DNA of 63,852 nucleotides, filler included, from Welwitschia mirabilis (taxonomy: Eukaryota), in assembly GCA_051453625.1 (NCBI GenBank). It is 8 parts of one record of this genome, joined end to end, with 100 filler letters (N's around TTAATTAATTAA, not from the genome) between each part and the next. Parts side by side here need not be neighbours in the genome. Positions count along the whole stretch, not along the records: positions 40,201 to 43,849 come from JBOZIK010000001.1; positions 43,950 to 48,365 come from JBOZIK010000001.1; positions 48,466 to 57,273 come from JBOZIK010000001.1; 5 more parts are not named here. One strand, written 5' to 3'. Position 1 is the first letter of the stretch; every line of letters starts with the position of its first letter. The notes beneath the pieces were generated by a model. It was given only the letters and a program-made list of their open reading frames with translations. It was not told the DNA's origin and ran no database searches. The position numbers and the translations under genes were made by a program. Shown one piece after another: positions 43,201-57,373 of the stretch.

Positions 43201-43849
43201 NNNNNNNNNNNNNNNNNNNNNNNNNNNNNNNNNNNNNNNNNNNNNNNNNNNNNNNNNNNNNNAAAAGACTTCAAGATTGCATAAATTTACACTGCAACAT
43301 TTTGGTACCATTGTCAAGGAAGGCCATAAGGAGCTAAGAGAATTATCATTAACCAAATAAGTACCTTAAATCTTTTTGTTCATGTTATTTATTTAAATTA
43401 ATGATGTATTTCTATTATATTTTAAGGTAGATTTATTTTTGCAAAATTTTGTTTTCTATAATTTTTAGGAACCCTGTCATTCTCTCTGTCGTCCAGATGA
43501 CACATGGCATAATAGTTCTGAAATTTTAAATTTAGTTTCTATTTTTGCAATTTTTCTTCTGTTCACAGCTTAGTAAAACTGTCATCCTATTAGTCGTCAA
43601 GACGATAGTAAGGATGACAGTCTTAGTTTTAGTAATTTCTTTCTATAGTTTCTAGAGTTTTATTATTTTTAGAGTTTAGTTTTTCTATGATTGTCATCCT
43701 ACCCATCGTTTCTATGACAAGATGGATGATAGTCCATTATATTTGATTTTGATTTTTATTTACTGTTTGTACATGCAGGGATACAAGGAATTTTGGTAGA
43801 AAGATGAAAAGTTAGTCGGTGAAAAACTGGATTAATAAAATATCATTTG
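40201..43849 (+). mobile_element. 3' internal region, PPT, family C LTR (41398-43299), then PBS and leader
   Basis: aagtaggggg PPT precedes 41398. CTGCAACA plus ttttggtaccattgtcaaggaagg at 43299. 43300-43849 closely matches 37721-38270. Confidence 0.8.
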
Positions 43850-44355
43850 NNNNNNNNNNNNNNNNNNNNNNNNNNNNNNNNNNNNNNNNNNNNTTAATTA
43901 ATTAANNNNNNNNNNNNNNNNNNNNNNNNNNNNNNNNNNNNNNNNNNNNAATTTTCAGTATCTTAGGTATCCTTATAAAAGACATGTTAAAAGGGACTCA
44001 AAGAAAGTTACCAATATGATTTTGAAGGATTTCTAAAATGTCTTCTATTATTTTATTTAGAACATGAATTTTTAGGAAGACAAGGCTTTTTCAAATGAGC
44101 ACATGATAATTTACTTCCATAAGAATTAAAGTGAGAGATAAAAAATTCATACAACTCATGGAAAAATAATTTCTTATCAAACTTATGAAATAAAGGATTT
44201 GAAATATAAATTGCATTCAGAGCTTAATATTGAATATGAAAGGCTTTGTTTAATATTCAATAATTTGTAAGAAACTTCCTAGCATAAGAGATTAGGCTAG
44301 GCTTTATGTACATAAGAAGCTCTTTGAATTTTAATTCAAAAAAATGGATTTGGAT

Positions 44356-47300
44356 TATTGTGGTGCATATTTATGCAATGTTTCATGCCTTTATCTAATT
44401 CTTATTAATTATAAATAAGATACACAAACACAGCATACTAGTATAGTTGGGAGTGGTCCGAATGTCGTAATTCCATCGAAGACCAATAGTATAGAAAAAA
44501 AAGAGTTGCTTTCATAAGAAAATAATGTAACCCTAATCTACTGAAATAAATTACAATCTATGGAATTGAAATAAAACATTCTTATGAAAAACTAATCTAG
44601 GAAAAGAAACAATAATGCATCTAAACTAATCAAGCTCAACCTTGACAAAGGCTGCCTTCATAATCTATATAATAGAAGAAACCTATTATGAATCTTAAAT
44701 AACATAGACTATGAGGGAGAAGTTCCTAGAATTATTGAACATAAAAGAACATAATTTATATTAAAAGCATAAAAGGCATCTATATCAGAAAGTAGTCATT
44801 CCTCAATGGAGGAAACACCACCCAATACCAAGGTAACATCTTTCTAGATTACAAAATGGTTCTCTAGCCCCAAGATCTCCTATCACTAGTATGTCAAGTA
44901 CTATCGAAGATGATTAGGAATCAAGGGGAAGACTTTTATTTATAGACAAAAAAGAAAAGGGAAGTGACAGAAAAGCATGGAGAAAACCCTAGCTAACAGG
45001 CAAAGTAAAGTTGCAATAAAGTATCAACAACTCAGGAAAACATTCGGTAAAAGTATGAGAGAATAGCATCATCCTTTTAATCGTCCAGGTGAAGGAGGAG
45101 ATGGCGAAGACTAATAATTGGAACTCTTGATCTAATCTAGTTTAATTGCTTATCTGACTACATGTAAAGTATTTTTAACTAGTTAGACATGTCATCTGAT
45201 ACTAACGTCCAGATGATGTGATGAATGATAGGCTTGTATCAATCTTTAATCAGTTTGATCACTTATTATTTATAGGAACTATTATCCAAAATATCATTTA
45301 TCCATATCTACATAAAATGCTTGTAATTTATCTAGAAACTGTATGTTTTCATTCTTTTCATTTCGGTTCTTAATTATCATAAAAACTAAGCATTTATCTA
45401 TTAATTTACCTGTAAAACAACTCATAATACCTTATCAAATACACATAAGTTGGTGGTACAACATAGCCCCCCACTTAGCATTGTCAGTTCCTGATAAAAC
45501 TAGGTGGTAAAGCATATTTATGAGCTAACTTTTAGATAATAAAAACAACTAGGATGTTTAAAGAAAGAATCTGAAAAAGATTTCCAATATATATTAACAA
45601 TTCTCTCACACTTTTGGAGAATTTAAAAACTGAATAAAAATACCTATAAAGCATCACTAAAAGCAATTGTCTGGTATGTCATTCAGATGATAATGGGGAC
45701 AACAAGCTCCTAAAAAGATTTTTAAAACTAGAACCTATGATAGAAATCAAATATTTTGTTAATTAAATTAATTAACCCCTTACTATGATAAACAGTCAAA
45801 TATAAAGATAATTATGTAAAAAGCAATAAATCCTATTTCAGTAGCTAGCTCAAAAGAAGAACCTATAATAATGATTTCTTATAAGTGAAAAAATTGTATC
45901 AGAAAAACTGAAAATATGTGTATCCTGCCTCCCACTTAAAATATGTAATGCATCCCAAATTACCTAAACTAATGAAAAGGGAAAATATTAAGGAAAAAGA
46001 AAAAAAATATGAGAATAACTATAAAATAGCAGACATGAAAACAGAATAAAAGTAGAGGGAAAATGAATGCAAGAAATAAGGAGAAGATTGTTAACCTATT
46101 CTAAGTACGAATCTAGCAAACTCCCATAAAAAACATTAGAACATCACTTGAGTAAAGATGTATGATAAAATATATTAACTTCATAAAGTTCATTCGAAAA
46201 GGCAATGGTCATGACAATATCTAAGGTTTTAAGTATGTTGAACAATAAAAGTTAAAATCAAAAGTATCTGAGAAATGAATGCACCTGCTTCTACCTACAA
46301 ACTCATTGAAATCTTCAAAATTGAAATGATCAAGTGGGAATATCAAAAGTTTTATTTCCTTTTCCATGATGAGGGGATTGTAACCACTATCAGAGGAGTA
46401 AGAACCCATGAAGCAAGACGAACTGACCCCCTAGTAGAGTTCCCATAGCTACCGTATTACTTTGCCAAAGGCTCCTCTTGGAAGTATTTACCCTAGTGTA
46501 CTTGTGGTAGGACATGAGGCTTTTCACTTTTATTTTTTATATTTTTAACATAAAATATAATTCCCACATGATCACATACTTTAAGAAAGAGAAAGATAAT
46601 TAAGTAAGATAAAAGACAAAAAAGAACACTCCTTGATAACTTAAGATTTAACCTCCATTGAAAAAAACAACATAAGAAATAAGGTATCTTCTTGTAAATA
46701 CAGACCATAGACATGGGAATGTATCAAGATTGGGTGAATCTAATCTTACCACTTATAAATGCCCAAGTATAAAACTAAATATGATACTTTATAAAGTAAT
46801 ACACAAGTTAAGTTAAAANNNNNNNNNNNNNNNNNNNNNNNNNNNNNNNNNNNNNNNNNNNNNNNNNNNNNNNNNNNNNNNNNNNNNNNNNNNNNNNNNN
46901 NNNNNNNNNNNNNNNNNNNNNNNNNNNNNNNNNNNNNNNNNNNNNNNNNNNNNNNNNNNNNNNNNNNNNNNNNNNNNNNNNNNNNNNNNNNNNNNNNNNN
47001 NNNNNNNNNNNNNNNNNNNNNNNNNNNNNNNNNNNNNNNNNNNNNNNNNNNNNNNNNNNNNNNNNNNNNNNNNNNNNNNNNNNNNNNNNNNNNNNNNNNN
47101 NNNNNNNNNNNNNNNNNNNNNNNNNNNNNNNNNNNNNNNNNNNNNNNNNNNNNNNNNNNNNNNNNNNNNNNNNNNNNNNNNNNNNNNNNNNNNNNNNNNN
47201 NNNNNNNNNNNNNNNNNNNNNNNNNNNNNNNNNNNNNNNNNNNNNNNNNNNNNNNNNNNNNNNNNNNNNNNNNNNNNNNNNNNNNNNNNNNNNNNNNNNN

Positions 47301-50300
47301 NNNNNNNNNNNNNNNNNNNNNNNNNNNNNNNNNNTACCACTTATAAATGCCCAAGTATAAAACTAAATATGATACTTTATAAAGTAATACACAAGTTAAG
47401 TTAAAAAATGATCAAATGAAGTCACAATGTTTAATCAAAGGAGTAGGCTAAGAAAAAACTTAGACAGGAAACAGATGCTTCTATGATGTTCACAATTTTG
47501 TCTAAAAATTCACATGTCATTTCAATCATTTTTTATGTGCATACAACATTTTTCACTCATAAGTTTTATGATTTTATCTTTTTCCATTTGCTTTAGGATT
47601 GGATGGTGCTATAAAAATAAGGTTTTTTTTATATCTTCCTCTAATCCTAAATCATTAACTAAATCTTTTTCTGCTACATTAAACACTTTTATTGAAAATC
47701 ATTTGTTTTCAAAGTGACATTTCATCAATCTAGTACTTGTGTCTATGATGCAATGGGCTATTACATAGAAAGCTCTACCTAGAAGTAGGGGATATCCACC
47801 TTGATTCTCAACTACTAAAACAACTACATTAATGGGGTAAAAAGCTTCCTCTATCTGAATGACCAAGTCCTTGATCATACCTAAGGGTCTCTTTATAGAT
47901 GAATCGACTAACTCCAAGATAATTTGTGTTGGTTCTATTCTCTCTTCCAAACTAAGACATTGACAAATATGCAAGGGCATAATATTAAAAATGGCTCCTA
48001 TATGTATTAAGGCTTTCTTAATTCTACGATTTCCTTCTAAAGTGACACTAATAGTTGCTGCCCCTGGATATTTAAATTTTGGTCACTTTTTGGAAACTAA
48101 GTTGCTAATAGACTGGGCTAGAAAGACTTTACTAAGGATGGTTCAGTTTTATTTTCTTCTTATTAGGTCTTTTCATAGCTTAGAGTATTTAGGGTTTTCT
48201 TGCAAAAGTTTCCAAAAAGAAAAGTCGATGCTTACATTTTGCATTAAGACTTTCAAATGATTGTCAAAGATGGGGTTTATGTTAAGTCTAGTAAGCCATA
48301 AGGTAGCAAGTTTCTTTTGGGATTGATCTTTCTTTTTATTACTAATTGAAAAAGAGAAGGAATGGNNNNNNNNNNNNNNNNNNNNNNNNNNNNNNNNNNN
48401 NNNNNNNNNTTAATTAATTAANNNNNNNNNNNNNNNNNNNNNNNNNNNNNNNNNNNNNNNNNNNNCTAAGGTTTGGTTTAATAGGTTGCCTCCACAAGAG
48501 AAATCTACAAGTTACTTGGTATGATTGTTTAACCCACTATAAAAATAGTCTATTAATTTAACCTCAGAAAAGGTATCTATAGGGTTTGAATGTAAAGCAA
48601 CAAAGAATCGCTCATAGGCAAAGGCATAATCCTAGTTAGATAACTGTTGGAAGTTTGTAACTTCTTTCTTATGTTTTCGGATGGTGGTCGCATTCATAAA
48701 TCTTTTTATAAAGGCTTCTTAAACTTGACTCTAATATTTCAAACTCTTATAAGGAATTGTTATAAGCTAAAGTTTAGCCTTATCTCAGAATGTAATGGGA
48801 AAAATGACCATGTAATTTCTATCAGTTATTTACTTTTTACCGTTTCTAGAAGTAAGAATGAGTTGTTCAATTTCGGTGATGTGTTGTAAGGGGTCTTCAT
48901 CAGGTTCTCCTTGAAAGTTAGGATAAGCATTCAAGTTTTTAGGTTCTAGATCATCACCAGAAAGTAAGTTGAAGGGATTTTGGATTTCAAGTCTTTTATT
49001 TACTATGAGATCTCTCAAAATAGTAAGGGTATTGGTTTGCAAAAGAGTAGAAGTAATGATTCCAATGACAGGGGGTAGATTCGAAGAGATAGGTTGTTTT
49101 TGGTGAGAGGTCGACATGGTATTAGACTCTATAGAATTAAAATCAAAAATTTTAAGAAATTGTAAATCTTACATACCTGGGCTCTTTTCATTTGTTTCCA
49201 TTTCAAAATTTAGTAAAAATTCTTTGATATTTTCTGTAATGAACTAATTCTCTCTTTGGTATTTTTTTTTTCTTTTTCAATCTTAACCATTGAAGTATTG
49301 TCTTGTTTGTCGCCTAGACGATAATCTAGATGACAAAGACATAAACAACCACAAAAAATAGGAAAAGCAGAAAAGGGACAGTTATCAAACTGTGACATAT
49401 GAACGATGAAGGGGACATCCGAGGTTAGTAAAAATAAAAACTAAAACAAAAAACTTACAGAGTACTAGTACATCACTGCTATAGCAAACATCTAGAATAT
49501 CCATCGAAGCAATGATAACTCTTAATTTCTAAGTAACCTTCCCTAGCAATGACTCCAATTTGTTGTGGTGCATATTTATGCAATGTTTTATGTCTTAACC
49601 TAATTCCTGTTAATTATAAACAAGATATAGAAATACAATACGCTAGTATAGTCAGGAGTGATCTGAATGTCGTAATTCTGTCAAAGGCCAAAGTATGGAA
49701 AATAAAGAGTTGCTTTCAAAAGAAAATTATGTAACCCTAATTTACTGGAATAAATTGTAATGCATGGAATTGAAATAAAACATATTTATGAAAAACTAAT
49801 CTAGGAAAAGAAATAATGATGCACCTANNNNNNNNNNNNNNNNNNNNNNNNNNNNNNNNNNNNNNNNNNNNNNNNNNNNNNNNNNNNNNNNNNNNNNNNN
49901 NNNNNNNNNNNNNNNNNNNNNNNNNNNNNNNNNNNNNNNNNNNNNNNNNNNNNNNNNNNNNNNNNNNNNNNNNNNNNNNNNNNNNNNNNNNNNNNNNNNN
50001 NNNNNNNNNNNNNNNNNNNNNNNNNNNNNNNNNNNNNNNNNNNNNNNNNNNNNNNNNNNNNNNNNNNNNNNNNNNNNNNNNNNNNNNNNNNNNNNNNNNN
50101 NNNNNNNNNNNNNNNNNNNNNNNNNNNNNNNNNNNNNNNNNNNNNNNNNNNNNNNNNNNNNNNNNNNNNNNNNNNNNNNNNNNNNNNNNNNNNNNNNNNN
50201 NNNNNNNNNNNNNNNNNNNNNNNNNNNNNNNNNNNNNNNNNNNNNNNNNNNNNNNNNNNNNNNNNNNNNNNNNNNNNNNNNNNNNNNNNNNNNNNNNNNN

Positions 50301-51433
50301 NNNNNNNNNNNNNNNNNNNNNNNNNNNNNNNNNNNNNNNNNNNNNNNNNNNNNNNNNNNNNNNNNNNNNNNNNNNNNNNNNNNNNNNNNNNNNNNNNNNN
50401 NNNNNNNNNNNNNNNNNNNNNNNNNNNNNNNNNNNNNNNNNNNNNNNNNNNNNNNNNNNNNNNNNNNNNNNNNNNNGTTGCTTTCAAAAGAAAATTGTGT
50501 AACCCTAATTTACTGAAATAAATTGCAATGCATGGAATTAAAATAAAACATATTTATGCAAAACTAATCTATGAAAAAAACAATGATGCACCTAAACTAA
50601 TCAAGCTTAACCTTGACAAAGGCTGCCCTCATAATTTATTTAATAGAAGAAACCTGTCATGAATCTTAAATTGCATAAACTATGAGAGAGAAGTTCCTAT
50701 AATTATTAAACATAAAAGAAGATAATTTATATTAAAATCATAAAAGGCATCTATATCACAAAGTAGTCATTCCTCAATGGAGGAAACACTACCCAACACC
50801 AAGGTAATGTCTCTCTGGATTACAAGATGGTTCTTTGGTCCCAAGATCTCCTATCATGGGTATGTTAAGTACTATTAAAGATGATTAGGAATCAAGGGGG
50901 AGACATTTATTTATAGAAAAAAAGAAAAGGAATTTAACAAAAAAGCATGAAGAAAACCCTAGCTAACATGTAAAGTAAAGTCGCAATAAAGTAGCGACAA
51001 CTCAGGAAAACATTTAGTAAAAGTATAAGAGAATAATATTGTCCTTATAGTCATCCAGACGAAGGAGGAGATGATGAAGACTGATAATTAGAACTCTTGA
51101 TATGCTCTAGTTTAACTGCTTATCCGAATGCATACAAAGTGTTATCAACCAGTTAGAGATGTCATCCGATACTGATGTCCAGATGATATGATTGATGAAT
51201 GGCTTATGTCAATCTTTAGTCAATTTTATTACTTGTTGTTTGTAGGAATTATTATTCAAAATATCATTTATTTATATTTGCATAAAATGCTTGTAATTTA
51301 TTTAAAAACTATATGTTTTTATTCTCTTCATTTTAATTCTCGATTATCATAAGAACTAAGCATTTATTTGTTAATTTACCTACAAAACAACTCATAATAC
51401 CCTGTCAAATACACATAAGTTGGTGGTGCAAGA
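44356..51433 (-). mobile_element. Two-LTR non-autonomous Athila-like element (gag-protease only)
   Basis: LTRs 44356-45463 and 49561-51433, PPT at 45464, PBS at ~49535-49560. TSD TGGAT/GGGAT. Flanks rejoin into one reading frame. Confidence 0.88.
47600..49117 (-). pseudogene. Decayed gag-protease
   Basis: ORF 48830-49117 (gag N-terminus, PNFQGEPDEDPLQHI) and ORF 47699-47980 (protease, YPLLLGRAF). Confidence 0.88.
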
Positions 51434-54400
51434 GGGATCAATAAGATAAGGTTTTTCCTAATTAATAATTTCAAAACATTCCAAATCTTGTTTTGGAAAA
51501 GAATGATCAATGAAATTACATGGTAAAGTTGATTTTGTAAATTATAAAAAGATAGTACTTTTTGCACATGAAGTAATTAAGGAAAGAGGTTAGGAGATTT
51601 TTGAACTCAAGTCCTCTAGATAATGAAGTTTATTATCTTTAGGAACAAGAATGTGATTTGTAGAGGTACTTGTTTGAATAATTTCTTTATTTCTTATATC
51701 TCTCCCTTCTTTATGATTGATTATTACTTGTTTTTCATTTTCATTTTGTTTAGGATTATTATTCTCTTATAACTTGGTGGATTCCTCAAAAAGATAAAAA
51801 GAAAAGATCCCATTATTTGATGAAAGATAATCTAATATTTCTTGGCTTAATTCCTCTTTCTCTCTAAATAACTCCATTATCTTAAAACTGTAATCCTCAT
51901 CTAAGTTGAGTTTATCATCTTCCATTGATTCAATTTCAATGATCATCTCCATTAATTTTAAAAGTTGAATTTCATATATTGTTGAAACTCCTTCATCCTT
52001 ATAAAACATATGAAAATTTGGGATATGATCTAAAATTTCAATGACATCTTCTTCCTCTTCTCCTTCAATATTCTTGTCATCTTGTTGCATGTTGTGGTTT
52101 TCATTAGAAGGAAAAATTTGATCATCATAGTTTTACTCTTGAATATAATCCTCATCATCATTATTCAAATAGCCATCCTTATCTTCATTATTGAAAGATG
52201 TAGTCAAGTTATCATTATCTCCCCTTTTCTTATCTCCTAATGAATAGAATGATGAAGTGTGATTTAAAATTTTATTCTCAACTTGGAAGTAAGGATTATA
52301 ACCATTCATTCTTAAGTTATTTTAATTTTTTTCAAGGTAAGATATAGAAGAATAGATTTGAGGATTTTGCATTTACAAAGATAGGAGATTTTATTGAAGA
52401 ATGGCAACCAAGTTTTCTAATTTTTTATTGGTGTTTTCCATATGTTTGTTGATATCCTCTTATTGCCTTACTGTGTTCCTTAATTCTTCTATTAAATCAT
52501 TTTCTACTTCATAATAGTTTATGGAAGATGGATGGAATGGATAAAAGCGATTGTATGAAGTTGAATTCCTAAGATATTCTTCATTATTTCCATATTGATT
52601 TTGAAAAGGAAAGGGGGAATAATAAGGTTATTAGAAAAAGGAATGGACCCTATCCCTAATCTCAACATTTCTTTGTGTTGGTCTTTCTTTTTTTGCCAAG
52701 ATCTCCCTAAGTGTTTTTTTACCATTTTCCTCAAATTCTTTTCTTCCTTTTATTCAAAAAGCTCTGTAAGTATTTTTGTACAATTTTCCTTAGATTCTCT
52801 TCTCCTTTTCTTAGTAATAAGCTCCCAAACTATTTTTTTATTTTTTCCTTTAAGGTAGTTTTTACATGTTCCAAGATTTTTTTAATTGGTAATTCTATCG
52901 CTATCCATTTTTTAGAAGAATAAGAGGAAGATAATTTTTAGTTTAAGATGAAGGTAGGTACTAAAAAAAAAAAAAGAGCTTGGAAAAATAATGTATCAAC
53001 CTAGAGTTTGTGCTCTTATTCTTCTTAAATACCTTTCTTCTATCAGTAACCCTTTTTTTCTCTGATAATCATTTTTCTGAACTGACCACACCATAGTTTT
53101 TGCAAGAAGAAAACAATAGAAAATAAAGAAAAAACAATAGACTATCATCCTTTCTATCATGGGGTTAATAGAGGAGATAACACACACAAAAATAGAAAAA
53201 GCAAAAATAGAATTAAAACTAAAACTAAAAGTAGAAAATATAGAAAAACCCCTGTCATCCTCTTGGTCGTTCATATGTCATAGGAGATGATAAAAACTAA
53301 ATTTTTGCAGAAAAATCAAAATCTGAAAATAAAAACTAAAGACAAAAATAATACACTATTGTGCTGACTACCATGAGGATGATAGAGGGGATTATCATAC
53401 TTTTCTACAAAAAACCAAAATCTGAAAAACTAAAACTGAAATATAACACATAAAAAACCTAAAGCTCCTAATAAAATATAATGACACAGAGATAGAGATT
53501 GATATATTTATCTAAATGATGACAACTTGTATACTTTTTGATAGCCTTCCTCAGCAACAACACTAATTTGTTGCAGTGTGTAATTGTGCATGTATTTATG
53601 TTCAAATAGATTCTATCATTAATAATTAAAATATATATTATGCATAATACATCATACTAGTATAATGGAAGTGACCCAAAATATTGTATCTCATTGAAGT
53701 CTTCCAGTATGAGACTTAAGTTGCTTTTGCAAATTAACTTAGAAACCAGAAATAATAGAGAATAATGCAAGAAAATAAACTACCATGCAAAGTGAAAAAT
53801 GCAAACTAAACTAACATGTCATACAAATAATCCTAACCTTACTTGCTTTTCATCTTTAATAAAGGATACCCTTGATAATCTATATCACCCATGAAATTGT
53901 TACTAAATCAAGGAAAACATTAGATTATAAGGGTCACAAGAAGATATAACATGTAAATATGAAAATGAAACAAAGATTTATATTAAAATGATAACATTCA
54001 TCTGGGTTACAAAATAGTTGGGTCTCAATGGAAGATACTCAACCCTCCACCATGTGTACATCTTTTTGCAACTCACATAGATGGATCTCTCGCTTTTCAC
54101 TCTCCTATCATGAGAATCTCTAGTACATCAAAGATGATAAGAAGAGTCGAAGGGAAACTTATTTATAAGGAATATAAAGCAGATAAGGATAGACAGTTGG
54201 TATGGTTAGGCATGCTTATCGTGACTCAAAAGTGGATGAAACAGTCAAGGGAATCTTATTTAAGTTAGTTACATGGGAGTATCATCTAGGCTATCATCCA
54301 GACAACTATGGGAATGATAGTATGTTATAGAATTTCTCANNNNNNNNNNTCAAAATGTTATAGTATCGTCCTATATATCATGTGAATGATGAAGTGGACA

Positions 54401-54636
54401 ATGATCTTCTTTAATTATTTTCTTGAGAAGAAACTAGAATTTTATCAATAATCATTCTTCAAAGCTCTGTGCATCCAAAAATGTCTTTAATGCATCAAAT
54501 TTGGATAAGAATTGCACTTTTCCAAGATTTCTTCTTGTATCTCCTAAATCCTCAGAATTACACATAAACTAGTATAAAAGTCCTACAAAATAGCTCATGA
54601 AACCCCATCAAATAACCTTAAATTGGGTGCACAACA

Positions 54637-54842
54637 ATGAGTTACAAAAATTTAAAAGAAGTATTGTATAAAATCTTGTCAAAATATCNNNNNNNNNNTG
54701 TCATTGGAACTAAGTATATCTTTAAGAATAAATGTGATGAGGAAAATAAATTTATCAAAAAAAACAAAAGAGATTAGTAATAGATAGTTACAACCAAATC
54801 AAAGGCATTAATATAGGTGATATGTTTACTCACAAAGAAAGA
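54637..54842 (+). pseudogene. Ty1/Copia reverse transcriptase, N-terminal fragment
   Basis: ELQKFKRSIV*NLV..VIGTKYIFKNKCDE..RLVIDSYNQIKGIN matches the copia consensus VIGTKWVFKNK..KARLVAQGY.Q.EGID. Confidence 0.85.
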
Positions 54843-55764
54843 AAAAGGCTCTAAGAGTCATTAGACTCGAACTGATGATCTTTACCATGTCAAGGTAACA
54901 CTTTTCCATTGAGTCATATTCCTTTCCTCATCTAGGAAGAGAATAGATCTGAATATTCTATGGACTACTTTGTACTTCGTGCACTAAAATCCCGTAAAAA
55001 TTTTGAACCTTTATTTAAAATATCTTTTCATTTTTGAAGTTCTTTAAAGTTCTAATGTATTTTCACACTTAAACCTTGTGATTTTATTTTCTTACAAATG
55101 TAGATGAGTTTCATCACTAGAAAAAAGAGAATGGTAACATTGCCAAAACCCATCTTATCTTTGATTGATTGAACCTCTACTTTCTCATGGTACAAGCTTC
55201 TTCCTACCCTTACTTTTCTAAAAACATGTTTTTTTTAAAAAAAAAAAAGATATACTAAGGATTTTCTATGACTTATTAGTTCACTTACATATTCCTTTAT
55301 GTAAGATTTGGATGATTTAATCTAGCCCTAGATAACCAATCAATATCAATACTCCAATAATCTATTTTTATTTATAATAGATTTTATATTTATTTCATAT
55401 ATCACGATAAGTGCTCATAAGATAAATATCTACTTATAAACTATACCTCACCTAGTATACTCATGTAATAGGTTGCTTCCTGATCCTAGTGGTCTAGTGA
55501 CCTATGCTTCCTGCCTAGGTGAGGGTAACTATAGGTGGAAAATGATCTAACCCATTAGCCTAGTTATCCATCATATGTACCCTGCAGGGAACCATAACCT
55601 TATGATTCTATGCTATCTTACTTCACCCTTCAGGTCTTGTAGTTACCGTAATATCAATTACCTAGGTTTAGATTAGACTAAGGTAAGGAACACTCCCATC
55701 ATATGAATCATTCCCAGGGGACACTCCCATCCTATGAATCATTCTAATCTACATGTATTTATGG

Positions 55765-55870
55765 ATGTGGACATCATTTCAAGCTTCTAAAGCTACTATA
55801 AAAGCTATGCCTATAATCAAGTAGGTGATTTTGATTTAGATCTTAGGATTTTAGGCTTCTGTTATGCTCA
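55765..55870 (+). pseudogene. nad5: Mitochondrial nad5-derived fragment (NUMT)
   Basis: aaagctactataaaagctatgcctataatcaagtaggtgattttgatttagatcttaggatt resembles plant nad5 [21 protein letters not shown], with one indel. Confidence 0.7.
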
Positions 55871-57373
55871 TTATGGTTATATTTATAAGTAGCTTGGTTT
55901 ATCTCTATTCTATTCATATATGTTCAAGGATCCACATGGCCCTTGATTAGGCAGGTTATATATGTGGGGTGATAGTTGACCATCTGAAAGTTATGAATTG
56001 AGTGTCACATAACATTGAGAGAGGATGGATCTTTCACTAAAAGAACTGAATGCAACATCAAGATGTGATGTGACTATGCACTAGTGTGTGATGGATACTT
56101 GTATAATAATAAAAACATTATATCAACCACTAGTTAATGCTTTAGGAAGTGTTGCAAATAGTAACCATATGTCATTGGACTTCCTTCCTACATTGGACAT
56201 CTGGTAATAGTACCTCATATGGACAATATGCCTCAGTACAAATAATGTTCTATTGGTATGACTATTATGTAAGTAATGTTCACAAGCATAAGTATGTTAT
56301 ATAAGATAACAAACTAGGTAATCAAGTAGTATATACCTCACATGAGTAGATTTCAAATATCTATATACAATGAGTACTCCAAGCAATTGTCAATGATCTA
56401 TATATGCATGACTATATGCCAGCAACATTCAAAAATAAGCAAACATATGTACTACCTTACATAGCTAGAAACACCACATATATGAATTGCCAATAATGTA
56501 TTTATTCATAGTAATGTTTTTCTTGCTTGATAGTTCTATAGAAGGTGCTTTCAGGTGTTTTCTAGGTTTAGAAGACACTGCCATAGTAACCACCACATGC
56601 ATTTCAATTTCTTCTATCTTATCCTACTTCAAAGTAGCAAATCCAAATAAAAAACAATCCTAGTGAAGCTACAAGTACTAGTTTATGACCTTCTCATCCA
56701 TTATTAAGTCTTATGTAAATGTAATTTGTAAAAATTAAATAGGTAGATAGTGTTCAAATTTCTTTAGAATCCCAACTCCAATATGAACCCCATGCTTTGT
56801 TAGCTCATACTACTCTAGAAATAATACCAATGGAGCAGCAACACATATACATCATTTTGTTAACCCAATTCTAGTTCCATAAGACAACAGAGAAAAATGA
56901 AGACATTTGATGTAGTTTGCACCCTTTTATATAGCTAGCTACTTTATCAGGGTTAGTTGTTACATGCCTACCAATAGCTGGTCATCTGTTTATTTGAAGT
57001 TGAAGCCACTAAGTAGACTAATGTCTAGTCATAACCTAGTCTAAGAATGAATGCAAGATTACCTAATCCTTCATGGGATAGTAAAAACAGGATTAATCTT
57101 TTTTCCTCTAAAACATACTTCACTAACATAGATATATCTCCATCTTTTATCCGATTATTTGGATTTTCTAAAAATAGAAATAAAACAAGTGTATTAATAT
57201 GGTAATAATAAAACCTATACTTTTGAATAGTTTCTATGGATATAGATATAGATATAGATGGAAAAAGATGGAANNNNNNNNNNNNNNNNNNNNNNNNNNN
57301 NNNNNNNNNNNNNNNNNTTAATTAATTAANNNNNNNNNNNNNNNNNNNNNNNNNNNNNNNNNNNNNNNNNNNN

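Larger units (their letters stand above)
43950..54636 (-). mobile_element. Older Athila-like element (5' LTR 53569-54636) interrupted by the 44356-51433 element
   Basis: TGTTGCAGTG...CACAACA with reverse-complement PBS gccttcctcagcaacaacactaa. Internal sequence is continuous across the insertion. Confidence 0.78.

Noticed and set aside
46746-47406. Identical ~70-bp direct repeat on both sides of a gap
   Set aside because: Exact identity flanking an N run indicates an unmerged contig overlap.
49708-50596. Duplicated ~120-bp LTR segment around a gap
   Set aside because: Most likely mis-scaffolding of similar LTR copies. It inflates the apparent LTR length.
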